Shown here: positions 38,741-49,600 of the stretch, in pieces
Layout: every line of letters begins with the position of its first letter
Numbering within the stretch: the first letter of the stretch is position 1
Origin: Bacteroidaceae bacterium
GTDB taxonomy: Bacteria > Bacteroidota > Bacteroidia > Bacteroidales > Bacteroidaceae
Length of the DNA: 64,000 bases
Direction of reading: 5' to 3'
Assembly (NCBI GenBank): GCA_017448825.1
Contig: JAFSKR010000005.1
Location: 48,511 to 112,510, forward strand
Program-made: the position numbers and the translations under genes
The notes under the pieces: model-generated
The model's input: only the letters and a program-made list of their open reading frames with translations
The model's database searches: none
What the model was told of the DNA's origin: nothing

Positions 38741-39365
38741 AGCGTTCCTCATGATGATGGAACACCCTGAAAGGTACACCGACGAGCAGGTGCAAGAGAT
38801 GCTTGCCGACGATGAGTGTCGCGAACTTTACGAGACGATGCGTTTGACGGAATCCGCGTTTCAGATGGAGGATGCCAAACGGCTGACCAGCCACGGAATC
38901 AGAGAAGAGGAATGGACGAAGTTTGAGCAGCGTCATTTCTCCCCATCCATACAGCGTTGGCGTAAGATGGCTGCTGCTGCCGCTGTGGTGGTGATGCTTT
39001 CTGGCATAACCTACGCTGCCATCGGTATTTCTCGGCATATTCATTCGCTCTACTCACCAACTTCGGGGGCTTCTACGGCGAATGAAGTGAAGACGACGAA
39101 CCTTGAAGAAGTGTCTGCTGCTGATTCGACGGCTGTGGTGGCAGAGGTCATCACGTTTGAGAATGTGCCACTGGATGAGATGCTTCATGGCGTTGCTGAG
39201 CACTATGGCAAGACGCTCGACATCCGTGGCAAACAGACGCATGAACTTCGTCTTTTCTACAAGTGGAACAAGCAGGCGACGCTTGAAAGCATCATTGCCG
39301 ACCTCAACAACTTTGAGCAGGTGCATCTCACGCAGCATGACGACACCCTGATCGTTGAACCATAG
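38727..39365 (+). CDS. short anti-sigma factor (single TM, FecR C-terminal/DUF4974-like domain)
   Basis: 212 aa, overlapping the sigma gene by 14 nt. TM segment MAAAAAVVVMLSGITYAAIGI. The C-terminus (VITFENVPLDEMLHGVAEHYGKTLDI...) is typical of FecR-type C-terminal domains. Confidence 0.72.
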   Translation: MDKNEAFLMMMEHPERYTDEQVQEMLADDECRELYETMRLTESAFQMEDAKRLTSHGIREEEWTKFEQRHFSPSIQRWRKMAAAAAVVVMLSGITYAAIGISRHIHSLYSPTSGASTANEVKTTNLEEVSAADSTAVVAEVITFENVPLDEMLHGVAEHYGKTLDIRGKQTHELRLFYKWNKQATLESIIADLNNFEQVHLTQHDDTLIVEP

Positions 39366-39370
39366 CGCGC

Positions 39371-41932
39371 ATGGCCACCATGAAAAAGTATCTTCTTATG
39401 CTTCTATTGTGCGACTTCGTCCACCTCGCATTCGCTCAGCGTATCACTCACACGTTTCGTGATGTGTCCATGTCCGATGCGTTGGTGTGGTTGCAGTCGC
39501 AGACGGAGCGGTACGATATTAGTTTTGTGTACAACGAATTGGAGGACTTTCGGGTGACGACGGAGGTGAAGAACCAATCGGTGCCCGATGCGATAGGTCA
39601 ATTGATTGGTTTTTATCCCATCCGCATGACCCGAAACGGGGAACGGAAACTGTTCGTGGAGTGTACCCACAAAGCCAGCCAACACTTGAAGGGGCGTCTC
39701 GTTGACGAGCAGAACCTGCCCGTAGCGTATGCCAACATCGCATTGCTCTCACCCTCCGATTCTACCATTCTTACAGGCGGCGTGAGCAACGAAGACGGCT
39801 TCTTCGTCATTCCCTGCGAATACCGAAACGTCCTGGCAAGAATCAGTTATGTGGGATATAAGACCCTCTATCAGTCATGCACTCCGACCGACCTCGGCAC
39901 GATTCGGATGGAGCCAGAGGTGCAGATGATAAAGAACGTGACGGTGAAAGGTGAAAAGCCTCAATTCCAGATGATAAAGGGTGGGTTGAATGTGAATGTG
40001 GAGGCTTCTCTGTTGGCCGAGATGGGCACCGCGAACGATGTGTTGGGGCAGTTGCCGCGGGTGGATGTGTCGAGCAATGGAGCCGTGAGTGTGTTTGGAA
40101 AAGGTGTTCCGCTCATTTATATCAACAATCGAAAGGTGCGTGACATGACCGAACTCACTCGACTCAAGTCGAGCGACATCAAATCCGTTGACATCATCAC
40201 GAACCCAGGTGCTCAGTACGACGCATCGGTGCAATCAGTCATCCGTATTCACACGGTTAAGCCACAAGATGATGGCATCAGTGTTAGTGCATCAGCCAAT
40301 GTGCGGAACAACCATCAGATGAGTGGTTTCGAGGATTTGGAGGTGAAATACCGCACGAAGGGTCTGGAAATCTTTGCGGAAAGTTATCTGAGGAGTTCGT
40401 GGATGGGCGAAGACAACCACGTGAAGAACGAACTGCTGAATGAAGAAAACCACATCCTCATTGCGCAGGATGGCGACTCCCGTATGCGTAGTAGGGCACA
40501 TTACGAACAGTTGGGTTTCAATTATGACATCAACAATCAGCATTCGTTAGGTGCTTCCTATACATTCAGTGGCGTACAAATCAAGGATGGCAAGATGCTC
40601 TCAGAACAGCATATTTGGCAAAATGACGTGTTTGAAGGAGCGGTCTTTCAAGATGCCACTACCACCCGTACACGAAATCCGCTGCACGACATCAATGCTT
40701 ACTATGTGGGTAAGACAGGAAAGCTCGATATCGACTTCAACGCAACATTTTATCGGGGCAAGGAACGATACCTTGACGTGAGGGATGAAATCAGCAAAGA
40801 ATTGGAAAGCCGAGACGTTCACACTCAAAGTGTCCGACGCAATCAGATGGCTGCAGGCAAATTAGTCCTGACTTATCCTGCATGGAAAGGCGTGTTGAGT
40901 GCTGGTTCTGAAATTACACATACGAGGACGGATGGTGTCTATACGAACGACGAGCAGTATGTGCATTCGTCCGACACAAAGATTCGCGAAAGCAATGTGG
41001 CTGGTTTTGCAGAGTACGACTTTACGTTGGGTGCTTTCAAAATCGGAGCAGGATTGCGCTATGAACATATTACGACGGATTACTATTCCTTGGGTGTTTG
41101 GGAAGAAGAGCCAAGTCGCCACTACGACGATTGGTTCCCCAATGCGTCGGTGGAGTGGAAAAAGAACAAATGGAATCTGCAATTCAACTACAGCCGGAAG
41201 ACCAGTCGTCCGTCTTATTGGGAACTGCGGAACTTCATCCAGTATGACAACCGTTACACCTACGAAGGTGGAAACCCCTTGCTTCGTCCACAGTTCACGC
41301 ACAATGTCGCATTTTCCTCCTTGTGGTCATGGCTCAGTCTGTCAGTTGACTACAATTACATTCAGCACACACGGGCATGGGTGCCGGAACTCTATGACGG
41401 ACAGAATATCATCTTGCTGTGTAGCCGTAATTATGGAAATATGCAAACCCTGTCTGCCTCCGTTTCTGCATCCCCCAAGTTTGGCTTCTACCGCCCTAAT
41501 TTCTTGGTGGATTTTAGCAAACTTTTCTACGATTCGGCACAATATGGTTCTCAACTGAAGGAACATAAACCCACGTGGACATTTGTGGCAAAAAACACTT
41601 TCGTGCTCAGCAAGACGTGCTCCGCCAATGCCAATCTGCGTTACCGAACCGACTATTACAGCGAGTTTCAGAAAGTGATGGGATACTTCCAGATGGACTT
41701 GCGGCTCAATCAGTCGTTTTGCAACAAGACGCTGTTGGTGAATCTCTATGTTACCGACCTCTTCCGAACCAGCCAAGAACGATGGACATCCTACGGCATC
41801 GGGGCCAATCTCTACAAAGACTGCTACAACTATGACCAAACCTTTGGCATGACTGTTACGTACTATTTCAATGCCACTCGCTCCAAGTACAAAGGTACGG
41901 GTGCGGGAAATGCGGAGAAGAGCCGATTGTAA
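39371..41932 (+). CDS. TonB-dependent-receptor-like outer-membrane beta-barrel protein with N-terminal STN signalling domain and CarboxypepD_reg-like domain (copy 1)
   Basis: 853 aa. An STN-like segment (FRDVSMSDALVWLQSQTERYDISFVYN) is followed by GRLVDEQNLPVAYANIALL, a plug-like region and a barrel. Alternative start at ATG 39380. Confidence 0.8.
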   Translation: MATMKKYLLMLLLCDFVHLAFAQRITHTFRDVSMSDALVWLQSQTERYDISFVYNELEDFRVTTEVKNQSVPDAIGQLIGFYPIRMTRNGERKLFVECTHKASQHLKGRLVDEQNLPVAYANIALLSPSDSTILTGGVSNEDGFFVIPCEYRNVLARISYVGYKTLYQSCTPTDLGTIRMEPEVQMIKNVTVKGEKPQFQMIKGGLNVNVEASLLAEMGTANDVLGQLPRVDVSSNGAVSVFGKGVPLIYINNRKVRDMTELTRLKSSDIKSVDIITNPGAQYDASVQSVIRIHTVKPQDDGISVSASANVRNNHQMSGFEDLEVKYRTKGLEIFAESYLRSSWMGEDNHVKNELLNEENHILIAQDGDSRMRSRAHYEQLGFNYDINNQHSLGASYTFSGVQIKDGKMLSEQHIWQNDVFEGAVFQDATTTRTRNPLHDINAYYVGKTGKLDIDFNATFYRGKERYLDVRDEISKELESRDVHTQSVRRNQMAAGKLVLTYPAWKGVLSAGSEITHTRTDGVYTNDEQYVHSSDTKIRESNVAGFAEYDFTLGAFKIGAGLRYEHITTDYYSLGVWEEEPSRHYDDWFPNASVEWKKNKWNLQFNYSRKTSRPSYWELRNFIQYDNRYTYEGGNPLLRPQFTHNVAFSSLWSWLSLSVDYNYIQHTRAWVPELYDGQNIILLCSRNYGNMQTLSASVSASPKFGFYRPNFLVDFSKLFYDSAQYGSQLKEHKPTWTFVAKNTFVLSKTCSANANLRYRTDYYSEFQKVMGYFQMDLRLNQSFCNKTLLVNLYVTDLFRTSQERWTSYGIGANLYKDCYNYDQTFGMTVTYYFNATRSKYKGTGAGNAEKSRL
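39431..39925 (+). repeat. copy A of a ~495-bp near-identical segment shared by the two receptor genes
   Basis: Aligns with 42002..42496 at a constant offset of 2571 bp. It covers the STN and CarboxypepD_reg-like domains; identity drops abruptly after MEPEV. Confidence 0.85.
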
Positions 41933-41950
41933 TTTTTTTTGCGAAAGAAG

Positions 41951-44497
41951 ATGAGAAAGTCAATCCTTATTATATTATTCTCAGTCTTGATGCAGAGCGG
42001 TTTCGCTCAGCATATCACTCATACGTTTCGTGATGTGTCCATGTCCGATGCATTGGTGTGGTTGCAGTCGCAGACGGAGCGGTACGACATCAGTTTCGTG
42101 TATAACGAATTGGAGGACTTTCGGGTGACGACGGAGGTGAAGAACCAATCGGTACCCGATGCGATTGGCCAACTGATTGGTTTTTATCCCATCCGTATGA
42201 CCCGAAAAGGGGAACGGAAGCTGTTCGTGGAGTGTACCCACAAAGCCAGCCAACATTTGAAGGGACGTATCCTTGACGGGCAGAACCGCCCCGTAGTGTA
42301 TGCCAACATCGCATTGCTCTCACCTGCTGATTCTACCATTCTTACAGGTGGTGTGAGCAACGAAGACGGCTTCTTCGTCATTCCCTGCGAACATCGATAC
42401 GTCGTGGCAAGAATCAGTTATGTGGGATATAAGACCCTCTATCTGCCATGCCCCCAGACCGACCTTGGCACCATTCGGATGGAGCCCGAGGTGTTGATGC
42501 TCGATGGGGTGGAGGTGCATGGCGAAATGCCTACGATGGAGATGCGCGGTGCGTTGCTACAGATGAATGTGGAGGGCACGGTGTTGGCACGCATAGGAAC
42601 GGCTGAGGATGTGCTGACTCGTGTGCCGATGGTCACCAAAACCAAAGAATCGTTTGAGATTTTGGGGAGAGGAAAGCCCGTTATCTATGTGAATGGTCGA
42701 AAGTTGCAAGACCTCTCTGAATTGCGAAATATTCAGTCGGACAACATTAAGAGCGTAGAGGTGGTGATGAATCCAGGGGCACGGTACGATGCCACTATAC
42801 AGTCAGTCATCGTCATCCACACCAAACGCATGGTGGGCGAAGGTTTCAGTGTGGAGGCGATGTCGTGGTCAAGGAAAGACCACGGAGGTGTGAACAACGA
42901 GCGACTGAACATGGCCTATCGTACTGGAGGGCTGGAGGTGTTTGCCAACCTGTTTGGTGCCTACAACGACCTTCACAGCAAGGGACTCTTTGAACAAATC
43001 GTGGTCGCCGACACATTGTGGACTATCAACAACCGCACAGCTAATCACACCCTCAATCCCTTTTTGGAAGGCCGCTTCGGCTTCAACTATCAAATGAACG
43101 ACCGCCATTCCTTCGGTGGCTTCTACCAGAACACCTATGACCGCGTGAAGACCCACACCACGACCGACGATGTGTTGTTGGCTGACGGACAAGATTACGA
43201 CCGTCTGCAGAATGTTGGCACCAATACGGCCATCGTTACGCCCAAACATCAGGCGAACCTCTACTATACAGGCAAGGTGGGCAAATGGAACATTGACTTC
43301 AACGCTGACTATACGCATCGGAAGAAAACGACTCGGAACATCCAAAATGAATGGAGTGAAAACTACACTGACCGCGATGTTCACACGCGCAACTTGAACC
43401 GTAGCCAGATGGTGGCAGAAAAACTGATACTGACCCGTCCGCTGGGGCATGGCGAACTGGAGGTGGGCGAGGAATACACCAATACGCATTGGGAGAGCGA
43501 GTTCGAGAACGATGAGGGTTACATTGCCAACAGCAATACAGAACAGCGTGAACACAGCTTTGCTCCCTTTGTGCAGGTCAGTCAACAGGTGGGCAAGTTC
43601 CATCTTACGGCTGGCCTTCGGTATGAGCACGTCGCATCGGAATACTTCTCAGGAGGCATCCGCCGCGACGAGCAGAGCCGTACTTACGACAATCTCTTTC
43701 CCTCATTTTCGGCCTCGACCACCTTGAAAAAGCTGCAACTCTCGTTCAGTTATACCTACCGCAGCATCCGTCCCAGCTACTGGTTGCTGAGCAACGATGT
43801 CCTCTACGAGAATCGCTTGAACTATCAGACAGGCAATCCCTACTTGCAGTCGGTCAAGAACCACAACTTCAACTGGACGGGTATCTACCAGTGGCTCTAC
43901 CTCAACATCTTTCTCGGTCACACCATTAACCCCATTCTCTACACAGCCGATAGTTATGAAGGCGACAGCAAAATCAACCTTGTCACCCACAAGAACTACA
44001 ATCACAGCGACTGGCTTTCTGTCTCACTTTACGTGCAGAAGACCTTCGGTCTGTGGTCGCCACAATGGGGCCTCTCGTTTCACAAGCAATGGTTTGAAGC
44101 CGAGTTCCAAGGAGCTTCCAAACGATTCAATCATCCTTTCTTGCAGTTGAGACTCAACAATCTGGTGAGTCTCCCTCACGACTGGCTTTTGCGGGCAGAC
44201 TTCGACCTGCAAAGCAAAGGCAACCAGCAGAACATCCACAAAGACCGTGTGACGGCTGTGCTCAACCTCAGTGTGGGCAAAGACTTCTTCCAGAAAAAAT
44301 GGAACATTCATATTGAAGCCAACGATATTTTTAAGAACAACAGTCATGTCACCCTCTATAGCAATCGCTTCTACTTTAGGAAAACGGATGATGATGACTC
44401 ACGCAACATTGTCCTTTCCCTTCGCTATCGCTTTAACACCACACGCTCAAAGTATAAAGGAACAGGTGCTGGCAACGAAGAGAAGAGCCGATTGTGA
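41951..44497 (+). CDS. TonB-dependent-receptor-like outer-membrane beta-barrel protein with N-terminal STN domain (copy 2, tandem paralog)
   Basis: The track ORF starts at TTG 41939; ATG 41951 (MRKSILIILFSVLMQSGFAQ) is preferred. The N-terminal ~165 aa are ~95% identical to copy 1 and the barrel is divergent. Same C-terminal end (TRSKYKGTGAGN.EKSRL). Confidence 0.8.
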   Translation: MRKSILIILFSVLMQSGFAQHITHTFRDVSMSDALVWLQSQTERYDISFVYNELEDFRVTTEVKNQSVPDAIGQLIGFYPIRMTRKGERKLFVECTHKASQHLKGRILDGQNRPVVYANIALLSPADSTILTGGVSNEDGFFVIPCEHRYVVARISYVGYKTLYLPCPQTDLGTIRMEPEVLMLDGVEVHGEMPTMEMRGALLQMNVEGTVLARIGTAEDVLTRVPMVTKTKESFEILGRGKPVIYVNGRKLQDLSELRNIQSDNIKSVEVVMNPGARYDATIQSVIVIHTKRMVGEGFSVEAMSWSRKDHGGVNNERLNMAYRTGGLEVFANLFGAYNDLHSKGLFEQIVVADTLWTINNRTANHTLNPFLEGRFGFNYQMNDRHSFGGFYQNTYDRVKTHTTTDDVLLADGQDYDRLQNVGTNTAIVTPKHQANLYYTGKVGKWNIDFNADYTHRKKTTRNIQNEWSENYTDRDVHTRNLNRSQMVAEKLILTRPLGHGELEVGEEYTNTHWESEFENDEGYIANSNTEQREHSFAPFVQVSQQVGKFHLTAGLRYEHVASEYFSGGIRRDEQSRTYDNLFPSFSASTTLKKLQLSFSYTYRSIRPSYWLLSNDVLYENRLNYQTGNPYLQSVKNHNFNWTGIYQWLYLNIFLGHTINPILYTADSYEGDSKINLVTHKNYNHSDWLSVSLYVQKTFGLWSPQWGLSFHKQWFEAEFQGASKRFNHPFLQLRLNNLVSLPHDWLLRADFDLQSKGNQQNIHKDRVTAVLNLSVGKDFFQKKWNIHIEANDIFKNNSHVTLYSNRFYFRKTDDDDSRNIVLSLRYRFNTTRSKYKGTGAGNEEKSRL
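42002..42496 (+). repeat. copy B of the ~495-bp near-identical segment
   Basis: See 39431..39925. Confidence 0.85.
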
Positions 44498-44607
44498 CTT
44501 CAGCACAACCAGTCTCTTTCAGTCATCGCCTCCTGCATATTCGGTACAAAGTCCGTCTTTGGCAACAAGGATTCAGGATTTTGATTTGGTAATTAAAAGT
44601 GCGCACA

Positions 44608-44646
44608 CCCCCACGCCATCAGTGATGATCGCGTGGGGGCTTTTTG
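44608..44646 (+). terminator. intrinsic terminator downstream of the receptor pair
   Basis: 9-bp GC-rich stem cccccacgc / gcgtggggg, followed by cttttt. Confidence 0.7.
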
Positions 44647-44803
44647 GTTTGCATTTACTTCACCGTGTTGGTGGCCGCTGTTGGTGGCATCATTGCGAGA
44701 TTTATTTTAGTTTTTTAGTTTCATTTCCAACCGTAAAGCTTCGCTCCAAAGTGCTCTCGTTCGGAAAAACTCAAATAATTTTGGTTTTTCTCTCACTTAA
44801 TCG

Positions 44804-44811
44804 TACCTTTG
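44804..44811 (+). promoter_or_regulatory. putative -7 box for lepA
   Basis: TACCTTTG 19 nt upstream of ATG 44830. Confidence 0.5.
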
Positions 44812-44829
44812 TGCCCAAATTTGTTTTTC

Positions 44830-46638
44830 ATGAAGAATATCAGAAATTTTTGTATTATTGCGCATATTGACCACGGGAAGTCCACGCTGGCTGACCGATT
44901 GCTGGAGAGGACCCAAACGATTGAGATTACGCAGGGGCAGATGCTCGACGATATGGACTTGGAGCAGGAGCGCGGCATCACCATCAAGAGCCACGCCATC
45001 CAGATGGAGTATCAGTACGATGGTGGAAAGGCAGAGTTTCAGGGACAGAAGTTCATCTTGAACTTGATTGACACACCGGGACACGTGGACTTTTCCTACG
45101 AGGTGAGCCGCTCGATTGCGGCGTGTGAGGGTGCGCTTCTGGTGGTGGATGCCACGCAGGGTGTACAGGCACAGACGATTTCCAACCTGTATATGGCCAT
45201 TGACCACGACCTTGAAATCATCCCTGTCATCAACAAGATAGATATGCCGAACGCCATGCCCGAAGAGGTGGCTGACGAGATTATCGACCTCATCGGTTGC
45301 GACCTTGAAGACATCATCTATGCCAGCGGCAAGACGGGCGAAGGAGTGGGGGACATCCTCAATGCTGTGGTGGAGCGTGTGCCCCATCCTGTGGGTGAGG
45401 AGGATGCACCGTTGCAGGCACTTATCTTCGACTCGGTGTTTAACTCCTATCGTGGTGTCATCGCCTATTTCAAAATCATCAATGGCGTGATGCGTCCAGG
45501 CGAGAAAGTGCGTTTCATCAATACGAAGAAGGAATATCTGGCGGAGGAAATCGGTACGCTGAAGATGGACATGGTACCCAAGAAGGAGCTTCGGACAGGC
45601 GATGTAGGCTATATCGTGACGGGCATCAAACAGGCTACCGAAGTGAAGGTGGGTGACACCATCACCTCGTTGTCACGTCCGACCTCTGAAGCCATCCAAG
45701 GTTTCCAAGAAGTGAAGCCGATGGTTTTCGCGGGTATTTATCCTATTGAGACAGAGGACTACGAGAACCTTCGAACCTCCTTGGAAAAGTTGCAGCTGAA
45801 TGATGCATCGCTGACCTTCCAACACGAAAGTTCTGCGGCACTGGGCTTCGGATTCCGCTGCGGTTTTCTTGGCTTGCTCCACATGGAGATAGTGCAGGAA
45901 CGCCTTGACCGTGAGTTTGACATGGATGTGATTACGACGGTGCCGAACGTGAGCTATATGGTGTATGACAAGCATGGCGAGGCACAGGAGGTACACAACC
46001 CCAGCGGTATGCCCGAGCCGACGCTTATCGACCATGTGGAAGAACCCTACATCCGTTCGACCGTCATTACAACAGCCAACTATATCGGCCCCATCATGAC
46101 ACTGTGCTTGAGCAAGCGGGCGGAACTGGTGAAGCAAGACTTCATTGCGGGTAATCGTGTGGAGATTGAATTTCTGATGCCTCTGGGCGAAATAGTGATT
46201 GACTTCTACGACAAACTGAAGAGCGTGAGTCGTGGTTATGCCTCTTTCGATTATCATCCTGCAGGTTTCCGCGAGAGCAAGTTGGTGAAACTCGACATCC
46301 TGCTGAACGGGGAATCGGTGGATGCGCTTTCGACGTTGACACACGTAGATAATGCAGTCACCCTCGGTCGTCGTATGTGTGAACGACTGAAGGACCTTCT
46401 GCCTCGCCAGCAGTTCGATATTGCCATCCAAGCAGCCATCGGTGGCAAGATTGTGGCACGCGAGACCGTGAAGCAGGTGCGGAAGGATGTGTTGGCAAAG
46501 TGCTACGGTGGTGACGTTTCACGTAAACGCAAACTGTTGGAAAAACAGAAGCGAGGCAAGAAGCGTATGAAGCAAATCGGTAACGTGAGTGTGCCGCAGA
46601 AGGCATTCTTGGCGGTGCTGAAATTGGACGATGATTGA
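44830..46638 (+). CDS. lepA: translation elongation factor 4
   Basis: The track ORF starts at TTG 44809, inside the -7 box, so it was trimmed to ATG 44830 ([25 protein letters not shown]). GTPase G1-G4 motifs and the LepA C-terminal domain are present. Confidence 0.97.
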   Translation: MKNIRNFCIIAHIDHGKSTLADRLLERTQTIEITQGQMLDDMDLEQERGITIKSHAIQMEYQYDGGKAEFQGQKFILNLIDTPGHVDFSYEVSRSIAACEGALLVVDATQGVQAQTISNLYMAIDHDLEIIPVINKIDMPNAMPEEVADEIIDLIGCDLEDIIYASGKTGEGVGDILNAVVERVPHPVGEEDAPLQALIFDSVFNSYRGVIAYFKIINGVMRPGEKVRFINTKKEYLAEEIGTLKMDMVPKKELRTGDVGYIVTGIKQATEVKVGDTITSLSRPTSEAIQGFQEVKPMVFAGIYPIETEDYENLRTSLEKLQLNDASLTFQHESSAALGFGFRCGFLGLLHMEIVQERLDREFDMDVITTVPNVSYMVYDKHGEAQEVHNPSGMPEPTLIDHVEEPYIRSTVITTANYIGPIMTLCLSKRAELVKQDFIAGNRVEIEFLMPLGEIVIDFYDKLKSVSRGYASFDYHPAGFRESKLVKLDILLNGESVDALSTLTHVDNAVTLGRRMCERLKDLLPRQQFDIAIQAAIGGKIVARETVKQVRKDVLAKCYGGDVSRKRKLLEKQKRGKKRMKQIGNVSVPQKAFLAVLKLDDD

Positions 46639-46647
46639 AACAATAAT

Positions 46648-46655
46648 TATCTTTG
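46648..46655 (+). promoter_or_regulatory. putative -7 box for the C10 protease gene
   Basis: TATCTTTG 30 nt upstream of ATG 46685. Confidence 0.45.
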
Positions 46656-46684
46656 AGAGACAACTAAACTAATACCCCAAATCT

Positions 46685-49600
46685 ATGATGAAAAAATTGT
46701 TAACCTTGTCAGCAGTGATGTTTGTATCTTTAAGCATGAGTGCTGACCCTGTCGATGTTGCTAAAGCCAAGCAGTTGGCAGCCCTTGTGAGTGTCGATGA
46801 GCCGATTCTGGTTTCGAAAGCACTTCGTACCGAGTCGAAAGCCCGCAAATTGAGTGCTCTGGCACAGGCTACTTCGCCTTATTATGTGTTCTCACGTGGT
46901 GAAGGGAAGGGATTTGTGATTGTCAGTGGCGACGACTGTCTGCCCGACATCTTAGGCTATACTGAAAGTGGTGACTTCGACGAGACGCTGCTGCCTCCCC
47001 ACTTCTTTGGCTGGCTTGACTACTATAAAACTCTTGTGGAGGATGCACAGGCAGCAGGGCAGAATGTGAGTCGTAAAAGTTCGATGCGCAAAAATGCACC
47101 TCGTCGCATCAAAGGGCTGGAAAGCATCCCAGCCTTGCTGACCTCTCACTGGCACCAGACGAGTCCCTACAACGACCGTTGTCCTATCATCGACAACGGG
47201 AGTCGTGCTGTGACGGGATGTGTGGCAACAGCGGCTGCACAGGTCATCTACTATTATCGCAAGGACAATCCCGACACTTACCTTTCCACCACACCGACGT
47301 ATGGGGCGGACGAATGGCATCACACGGCTGTGACTGACCAGATTAAGAAGGGTACGCCCGTGATGTGGGACTTGATGCTTGACAAGTACAGTGGCAGCGA
47401 GCCGACTGAGTTCCGTCAGGCAGTGGCAAACCTTGTCTTTGCCGTGGGTGCGATGGATCACATGGATTACTACACCTCTTCGGGTGCACAGATTAGCGAC
47501 CTCGTAACTCCGATGAGCACGTTCTTCAATCTGTCGAGCACCTGTGAGTATAAGAGTGATGGCAGTAGCAGTTGGGTTCCGCTGGCTACTTGGGAGAAGA
47601 AAATTTATGACGATTTGGCGGCAGGGCATCCTATCATCTACACGGGATATAAAGATGAAGAGACGGGCGGTCATGCTGTGGTGCTCGATGGCTATCAATC
47701 TTCCACTGGCCTGTTCCATTTCAATTTCGGTTGGGGCGGTCAGGGCGATGGTTGGTACACGGTGGATGACGAGACAGGCATGAACCACTTCAATCTGTGG
47801 CAAGGCATGACCTATCAGATTTGTCCGAAGAAGCAAAACGTGTCGGCAAGCATCAGCATTCCCGATGGATTCTATGAGGATAGGACGAATGAAGTGATAG
47901 TGAAAGTAAAAAATAATTCAACGCTGAATTTCAAAGGATTATATCTTTTTGCTTCAACATCAAACAGTAAGCCTACAAGTCTTTCTACAGCCAAATCGAG
48001 TGATAAGGAGACCGTGTTGGCTTCGGGGGAAACTGCCGAGTTTACACTTTCTGCCAAGCCCACCAACACGAAGGCTTATTATCTGACGGTGACGGATGCT
48101 AACCTCAATATTCTCGCCCAAATGGAAGTGGAACCGCAGAGTCTCACGTCCAACCTGCATCTAAGGAATCTTACCGTGGCTGGCAGCAACGACAAGGAGA
48201 CTTTCGACGGCAAGGACTTCCAAATCATCTATAATGATAAATCGGCAGCCACAGCCACGTTCCGTAACGCTTCCTCTCATGCCTATGAGGGTACGATACG
48301 TCTGCTCTTCTACACCTACGACAACGAGACGAACACTTGGACGGAAGTGGGGTATAAGACGGGTAAACTCAACGTCGGTGGCAATGAGACGGGCGAGACC
48401 GATTTCAACATCACTTCCACCTCATCCTGTCCCATCGAGGTGGGCAAGTACTACTATGGTGTGCTTGCTAACCCCGTGTCATCTTCTGATGATGTCATCA
48501 ACCTCTCCGAGGCTTCCGACACCATCATCCGTTTTATCCTGAAGGAGAATGACATGGAAGTAGTCAGCTTCGAAAACGGCTGTTTGAGCATTAAGGGACA
48601 TTTTGATGCTACGGCATTCAATTCGACATCATTCGCCAAGAAGACGGCCTATAAGACTGCTACCTCCTACGACCTCACACAATGTACGAATGTGACAACC
48701 GTCAAGCAGGAGGTCAACCCTAACGCTCTCTACTATGTGGCAGACAACAGCGAAGCCACAGGCACCAACATCATCAAGGGCGGCAAGTGTGCTCAACTTT
48801 CACTTACCCCTGGCTATGACTTTGTGCCTCGTGCTGCATTCGAGGTGGAAAAGGCGCAGATGCTCATAGGTGCAGAATCTGCCAAGTGGTATTTGCTCAC
48901 AGTACCATTTGCTGCCACAGTGCCTGAAGGCATCATTGCCCGAGTAATAACAGGACACACAGCCACGGGCATCTCCAACAAGACGGAAGACCTGAAGACT
49001 CTTGAAGCAGGCAAGACCTATCTGGTGATGTCTTCTTCGGCCCACAACATGACACTGACCTCTGCTAAAGCGTTTGTAGTGACGGCTCCTGTGGAGAATC
49101 AAGACCCCTCTTTGGTGGGCACATACGTCGCCACCGTCACCCCCGCTGGTGCATCCCTGTTGGACGATGAGGCTGACCAGTATTTCGTGCCGATGGAAGA
49201 GGGAACCGCCGTTGAGGCATTGAGAGGTTATTGGTGTGCCGATGACCTCCAGAAGACTTTCCGGGCTTACTCCAGCATCACACTCGATCCTGCCTATTTG
49301 GTTTTGGCCCAGAGCATTGAAACGGCATACGGGATTCTTCGGAGATACAAGAACATTACGACGGCAGATGCTTACAAGGCTTATCTTGCTGAAATCAAGG
49401 AGGCAGAAAAGGAGTTTTCCAATCGTGCTGAGAGTGAATTGACTTCTTCCAACAAGGTCAAGAAATATGCAGAGCAGTTGTTGGCAGATGGCAGTGCCTA
49501 TTCGAAGCAGGTAGCTCGTGCGGCAGGTGTTGAGATTGATTTCACCGACTGCATCACTAATCCCTCCTTCGAGACAAAGACAACCAAGGGCTGGACACTC

